From NCBI GenBank assembly GCA_041613315.1, contig JBFJHJ010000050.1, positions 1-10,405 of the forward strand: a stretch of 10,405 nt of DNA, read 5' to 3'. Position numbers and translations under genes: made by a program. Source of the DNA: Gemmatimonadales bacterium. Its GTDB lineage: Bacteria; Gemmatimonadota; Gemmatimonadetes; Gemmatimonadales; GWC2-71-9. The notes beneath the pieces were generated by a model. It did not search any database. It was not told where the DNA came from and saw only the letters and a program-made list of their open reading frames with translations. Below, in pieces: positions 7,341-10,405 of the stretch (position 1 is its first letter; every line of letters starts with the position of its first letter).

Positions 7341-7362
7341 TCCGTTAGACCGTTGTCCGTGG
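7341..7362. repeat. Second copy of the heptamer-type repeat (TCCGTTA-G-ACCGTTG-TCCGTGG)
   Basis: Shares TCCGT-N3/4-CCGTTGTCCGTG with 5179-5198 and overlaps the S9 peptidase Shine-Dalgarno. Confidence 0.65.
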
Positions 7363-7482
7363 TGTGTTCTCGCAACTCGTGACGATAGAGATACGCCGTG
7401 GACGGCGATCCGCAAATCGACCGGCCGAACGCCGTCCGGTGAGCGGGGTAATCTCTGGCAGAGCGTACGATGTGGTCGACCC

Positions 7483-7511
7483 TGGCGGGGTGTCGGCACG
7501 TGGAGTAGCGT
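7483..7511 (+). promoter_or_regulatory. Possible promoter for the xdhC-coxD-coxE operon
   Basis: TGGCGG (7483-7488), 17 nt spacer, TAGCGT (7506-7511, TANNNT type). The -35 match is weak. Confidence 0.2.
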
Positions 7512-7583
7512 CAGACCCTGATCCCCCAAGCGAGCGACGCGTGCACCACGACCTCCGGCCCCGCGCCCGCGCGGGAGCGGCGC

Positions 7584-8567
7584 GTGCGTAACGATCTGTT
7601 GGCGATGGCGGCGGCGCTGGGCGCCCGGGGGGAGCCGTACGTGCTCGCCACGGTGGTCCGGCGCGACGCGCCCAGCTCGGCCCACACCGGCGACTCGGCC
7701 GTGATCACGCGGGACGGTACCTTCCATGGGTGGTTGGGCGGGAGCTGTACCCGGCCGTTGGTGGTCCGGGAGGCGCTGCGGGCGCTGGCCGACGGCGAGG
7801 CGCGGCTGGTCAACCTGTCGCGCGATCCCGAGGCGCATCGTCGCCCGGGCATGAGCACGCTCGAAATGACCTGCCACAGCGGAGGCATGGTGGAGGTGTT
7901 CATTCAGCCGGTGCGTCCCGCGCCACTCCTCGTCGTCTTCGGGGCGTCGCCCGGCGCGCGGGCGCTGGTCCGGATCGCTCGGGCGATGGGCTACCGCACG
8001 CACCTGGTCGATCCCGAGGTGGACGGCGCCGATGTGCCGGAGGCGGATCACGTCTCGAGCACGGTGGATGCCGGCGCCACGTCGCCCGAGACGTTTGCCG
8101 TCGTGGCGACCATCGGCGAGTGGGACGCCGACGCCGTCCTGGCGGCGCTTCAGCTCGAGCCGGCGTACCTGGGGGTGGTGGCCAGCCGGCGGCGGTTCGC
8201 CCATGTGCGCGAGGCGCTCGAGGGCCGCGGCGTCCCGCGTGCCGCGCTCGATCGCATCCGGAGCCCGGCGGGGCTGGACATCGGCGCCCGCACACCGGAG
8301 GAGGTCGCCCTCAGCATCATGGCCGAGATCGTCGAACACCGCCGGCGCGCCGCGGCCGGGGGCGATCACGGCGCGGCGCCGGCCCCAACGGTGCCCGCGG
8401 AGGCGCGCGACCCCGTGTGCGGCATGAGCGTCGCGACCGCGGGCGCCCGCCATCGCGCGGAGCTGCGCGGCGCCACCTACTACTTCTGCTGTGCGGGCTG
8501 CCGGGACCGCTTCGTCGCCGATCCGGCCGCCTACGTCCCGTCGGTCGCGGGTGCGGAAGACGCGTGA
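7584..8567 (+). CDS. xdhC: XdhC/CoxF-family molybdenum cofactor insertion chaperone fused to a C-terminal YHS (TRASH) metal-binding domain
   Basis: GTG 7584 with SD GGGAG at 7573-7577. XdhC/CoxI N-domain (VLATVVRRDAPSS...GWLGGSC...MTCHSGGMVEVFIQP), Rossmann-like XdhC C-domain (LVVFGASP...YLGVVASRRR...IRSPAGLDIGARTPEEVALSIMAEIV), and YHS domain DPVCGMSV...TYYFCCAGCRDRFVADPAAY (8409-8534). 327 aa. Confidence 0.92.
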   Translation: MRNDLLAMAAALGARGEPYVLATVVRRDAPSSAHTGDSAVITRDGTFHGWLGGSCTRPLVVREALRALADGEARLVNLSRDPEAHRRPGMSTLEMTCHSGGMVEVFIQPVRPAPLLVVFGASPGARALVRIARAMGYRTHLVDPEVDGADVPEADHVSSTVDAGATSPETFAVVATIGEWDADAVLAALQLEPAYLGVVASRRRFAHVREALEGRGVPRAALDRIRSPAGLDIGARTPEEVALSIMAEIVEHRRRAAAGGDHGAAPAPTVPAEARDPVCGMSVATAGARHRAELRGATYYFCCAGCRDRFVADPAAYVPSVAGAEDA

Positions 8568-9448
8568 AAGACGCGATCCGGACGGTGCAGCAGGAGATGG
8601 AGCGGCACGGCTACGTCGCCGACCCGGCGATCGCCACGGCCGTGTATCTTGCGACGGAGATGCGCAAGCCGCTCCTCGTCGAGGGCGAGGCGGGCGTCGG
8701 CAAGACGGAGATCGGCAAGGTGCTCGCCCGGATGGTCGACACCGAGCTGATTCGCCTGCAATGCTACGAAGGGCTGGACGTCGCCACCGCGCTCTACGAG
8801 TGGAACTACCAGCGTCAGTTGCTGCGGCTCAGGATCGCCGAGCAGCAGGGTCGTGACCCGGCGGAGCTGGAGGATCTGATCTTCGGCCGCGAGTACTTGC
8901 TGGAGCGCCCCCTGCTCCGGGCGATCACGCGGCGCGAAGGCCCCGCGGTGCTGCTGGTGGACGAGATCGATCGGGCGGACGACGGCTTCGAGGCATTCCT
9001 GCTCGAGATGCTCTCCGACTTTCAGGTGACCATTCCCGAGTTGGGGACGATCCATGCGGCGCACGTGCCCTACGTGGTCCTCACCTCGAACCGCAGCCGG
9101 GAGATCGGGGACGCCCTGCGGCGGCGCTGTCTCTACCTCTATATCGAGCACCCCGAGCTCGAGAAGGAAGTGCGCATCATCCGCGCGAAGGTGCCGGAGG
9201 CGGCGGAGCGTCTGGCCGGCGAGATCGCGGGCGCCGTGCAGCGGCTCCGAGGCCGGGAGCTGCGCAAGCGCCCCGGGGTGGCCGAGGCGATCGACTGGGC
9301 GCAGGCGCTGGTCCGCCTCCATCGGGACCGGCTCGACGCCGAGACGGTGCGCCTCACGCTGGGGTGCGTCCTCAAGGACGAGTCCGACGTGCGGGCGATG
9401 GACGACGAAGCGATCGCCCAGCTCGTCGCCTCGGCGCCGGAGGCGTGA
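8564..9448 (+). CDS. coxD: MoxR-family AAA+ ATPase, CoxD-like
   Basis: GTG 8564 overlaps the xdhC stop (GTGA). Walker A GEAGVGKT, CoxD-type RLQCYEGLD...ALYEWNY, Walker B LLVDEID, EAFLLEMLSDFQVTIPELG, TSNRSRE, DALRRRCLY and KRPGVAEAIDW. 294 aa. The ORF-track start at 7730 is a shadow extension overlapping xdhC. Confidence 0.92.
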   Translation: MKDAIRTVQQEMERHGYVADPAIATAVYLATEMRKPLLVEGEAGVGKTEIGKVLARMVDTELIRLQCYEGLDVATALYEWNYQRQLLRLRIAEQQGRDPAELEDLIFGREYLLERPLLRAITRREGPAVLLVDEIDRADDGFEAFLLEMLSDFQVTIPELGTIHAAHVPYVVLTSNRSREIGDALRRRCLYLYIEHPELEKEVRIIRAKVPEAAERLAGEIAGAVQRLRGRELRKRPGVAEAIDWAQALVRLHRDRLDAETVRLTLGCVLKDESDVRAMDDEAIAQLVASAPEA

Positions 9449-9452
9449 ACCG

Positions 9453-10405
9453 GTGATCGCCCCTCGCGATCTGGTCGCGCACCTCGCGCGGTTCGGCGCG
9501 GCGCTCCGCGCGCGTGGTGTGCCGGTCGGGTTGAGCGACCAGATGGATGCCGCGACCGCGCTCACGCTGGTGGACGTGCTCGATCCCGACGAAGTCCGGT
9601 GTACCCTCCGCATCGCGCTCAAGGTGGCTCCGGACGATCGGGCGGCGTTCGACGAGCTGTTCGATGCGTACTGGTGGGGGGAACCGGGAGCGCCGCCGCC
9701 TCCACGGCAACGGCCGCCGCGGGACCATCGCGGGCCGCTCCAGTGGGCCTGGGACGGGCGGCGGGTCCATCTCTCGGCCTCATCAGACACGCGAAGCCCG
9801 GATGGCAACCTGCCCGGGTACGCACCGGAGGTGTTGCAGCGGCGCACGTCGTTGGAGGCGTGCTCTGCGGCGGAGATCGCGGCGATGGAGCGACTGCTCG
9901 AGCGCCTGCGCGTGCGGCTGGCGGTGCGCCGGAGCCGGCGTCGCGTCCCGACCCGCGGCCGCGGCATGGTGGACTTGAGGCGCAGCTTTCGGCGCGCCGT
10001 GGCGACGCACGGCGAGCTGCTGACGCTCGCACGCCGGGCCCGGGCGCCGGACGACCCCAGGCTCGTCGTCCTGTGCGACACGAGCGGCAGCATGGATCCC
10101 CACGCGCGGCTGTTGCTGACGTTTGCCCTGGCCCTCCGGCGGTCGCTGCGGCGGGTCGAGATCTTCGCGTTCAACACGAGCCTCACCCGCCTCACGCCGT
10201 GGATCACCCCCGCCAGGATCCCCGAGACGCTGCGGCGGCTGTCGGCGGGCGTCGCCGACTGGTCGGGCGGGACGCGGATCGGGGCGTGCCTGGCGGAGTT
10301 CGTGACCGGACACCAGCATATGGTGGACCGGAGAACGGTCGTCGTGATCGTGAGCGACGGTCTCGACCTGGGCGAGCCCGAATTGCTGCGCCACGCGATG
10401 CAGAA
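9453..10405 (+). CDS. coxE: VWA domain protein, CoxE-like (partial, runs off the right edge)
   Basis: GTG 9453 with SD GGAGG at 9439-9443. Manual translation MIAPRDLVAHLARFGAALRARGVPVG...FDELFDAYW...VDLRRSFRRAVATHGE...LVVLCDTSGSM (MIDAS DxSxS)...VEIFAFNTSLTRLT...DWSGGTRIG...VVIVSDGLDLGEP. Open to the window end, hence absent from the ORF track. Confidence 0.92.
   Translation, partial: MIAPRDLVAHLARFGAALRARGVPVGLSDQMDAATALTLVDVLDPDEVRCTLRIALKVAPDDRAAFDELFDAYWWGEPGAPPPPRQRPPRDHRGPLQWAWDGRRVHLSASSDTRSPDGNLPGYAPEVLQRRTSLEACSAAEIAAMERLLERLRVRLAVRRSRRRVPTRGRGMVDLRRSFRRAVATHGELLTLARRARAPDDPRLVVLCDTSGSMDPHARLLLTFALALRRSLRRVEIFAFNTSLTRLTPWITPARIPETLRRLSAGVADWSGGTRIGACLAEFVTGHQHMVDRRTVVVIVSDGLDLGEPELLRHAMQ

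Noticed and set aside
7385..7456. Second GEMM-like pattern on the plus strand (CGCCG/CGGCG hairpin, CGCAAA, CCGGCC...GGTGAGCGGGGT) or a Moco riboswitch upstream of xdhC
   Set aside because: It lacks the GC closing P2, a paired lower P3 and the 3' RCCG, and has no Moco-motif hallmarks. It also shows that GEMM-like fragments can arise by chance here, which tempers the 3551-3620 call.
7493..7510. Sigma54 promoter (CGGCACG...TAGC)
   Set aside because: GG-to-GC spacing is 11 rather than the strict 10, and there is no TTGC.
7730..8563. Apparent 278-aa N-terminal extension of CoxD (possible xdhC-coxD frameshift fusion)
   Set aside because: It overlaps xdhC in another frame with junk composition. 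A clean GTGA stop/start overlap at 8564-8567 explains the junction.
5372..10207. Long ORFs 5372..6967(+), 6480..8453(-), 8531..10207(-) and 9783..10394(-)
   Set aside because: Antisense shadows of the S9 peptidase, xdhC, coxD and coxE, with no motifs of their own.
1..10405. CRISPR arrays, tRNA/rRNA genes, transposases or integrases
   Set aside because: None seen. The intergenic gaps are short (at most about 250 nt) and contain no repeat-spacer periodicity or cloverleaf.

Overview
GC-rich bacterial window, probably Gemmatimonadota (inferred from the characteristic Ser/Thr kinase N-terminus). It holds seven genes, left to right: (1) a membrane-anchored Hanks-type Ser/Thr kinase (minus strand, 3' end off the left edge, absent from the ORF track); (2) a divergent cobalamin-binding radical SAM enzyme (DUF4070/HpnP-like family) with an extra STAS-like C-terminal domain; (3) a secreted beta-lactamase-family serine hydrolase; (4) a convergent secreted S9-family peptidase; and (5-7) the start of a molybdo-hydroxylase/CO-dehydrogenase maturation operon: an XdhC/CoxF-YHS fusion, a CoxD-like AAA+ ATPase and a CoxE-like VWA protein (off the right edge, also absent from the ORF track). 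The most interesting signals are a compact c-di-GMP-I (GEMM)-like RNA with an altered ligand-pocket junction and competing helices upstream of the serine hydrolase, a related stem motif upstream of the S9 peptidase, heptamer-derived direct repeats bracketing the S9 gene, the rSAM-STAS-like fusion, and the XdhC-YHS fusion. All calls come from manual reading; no searches or folding programs were run.
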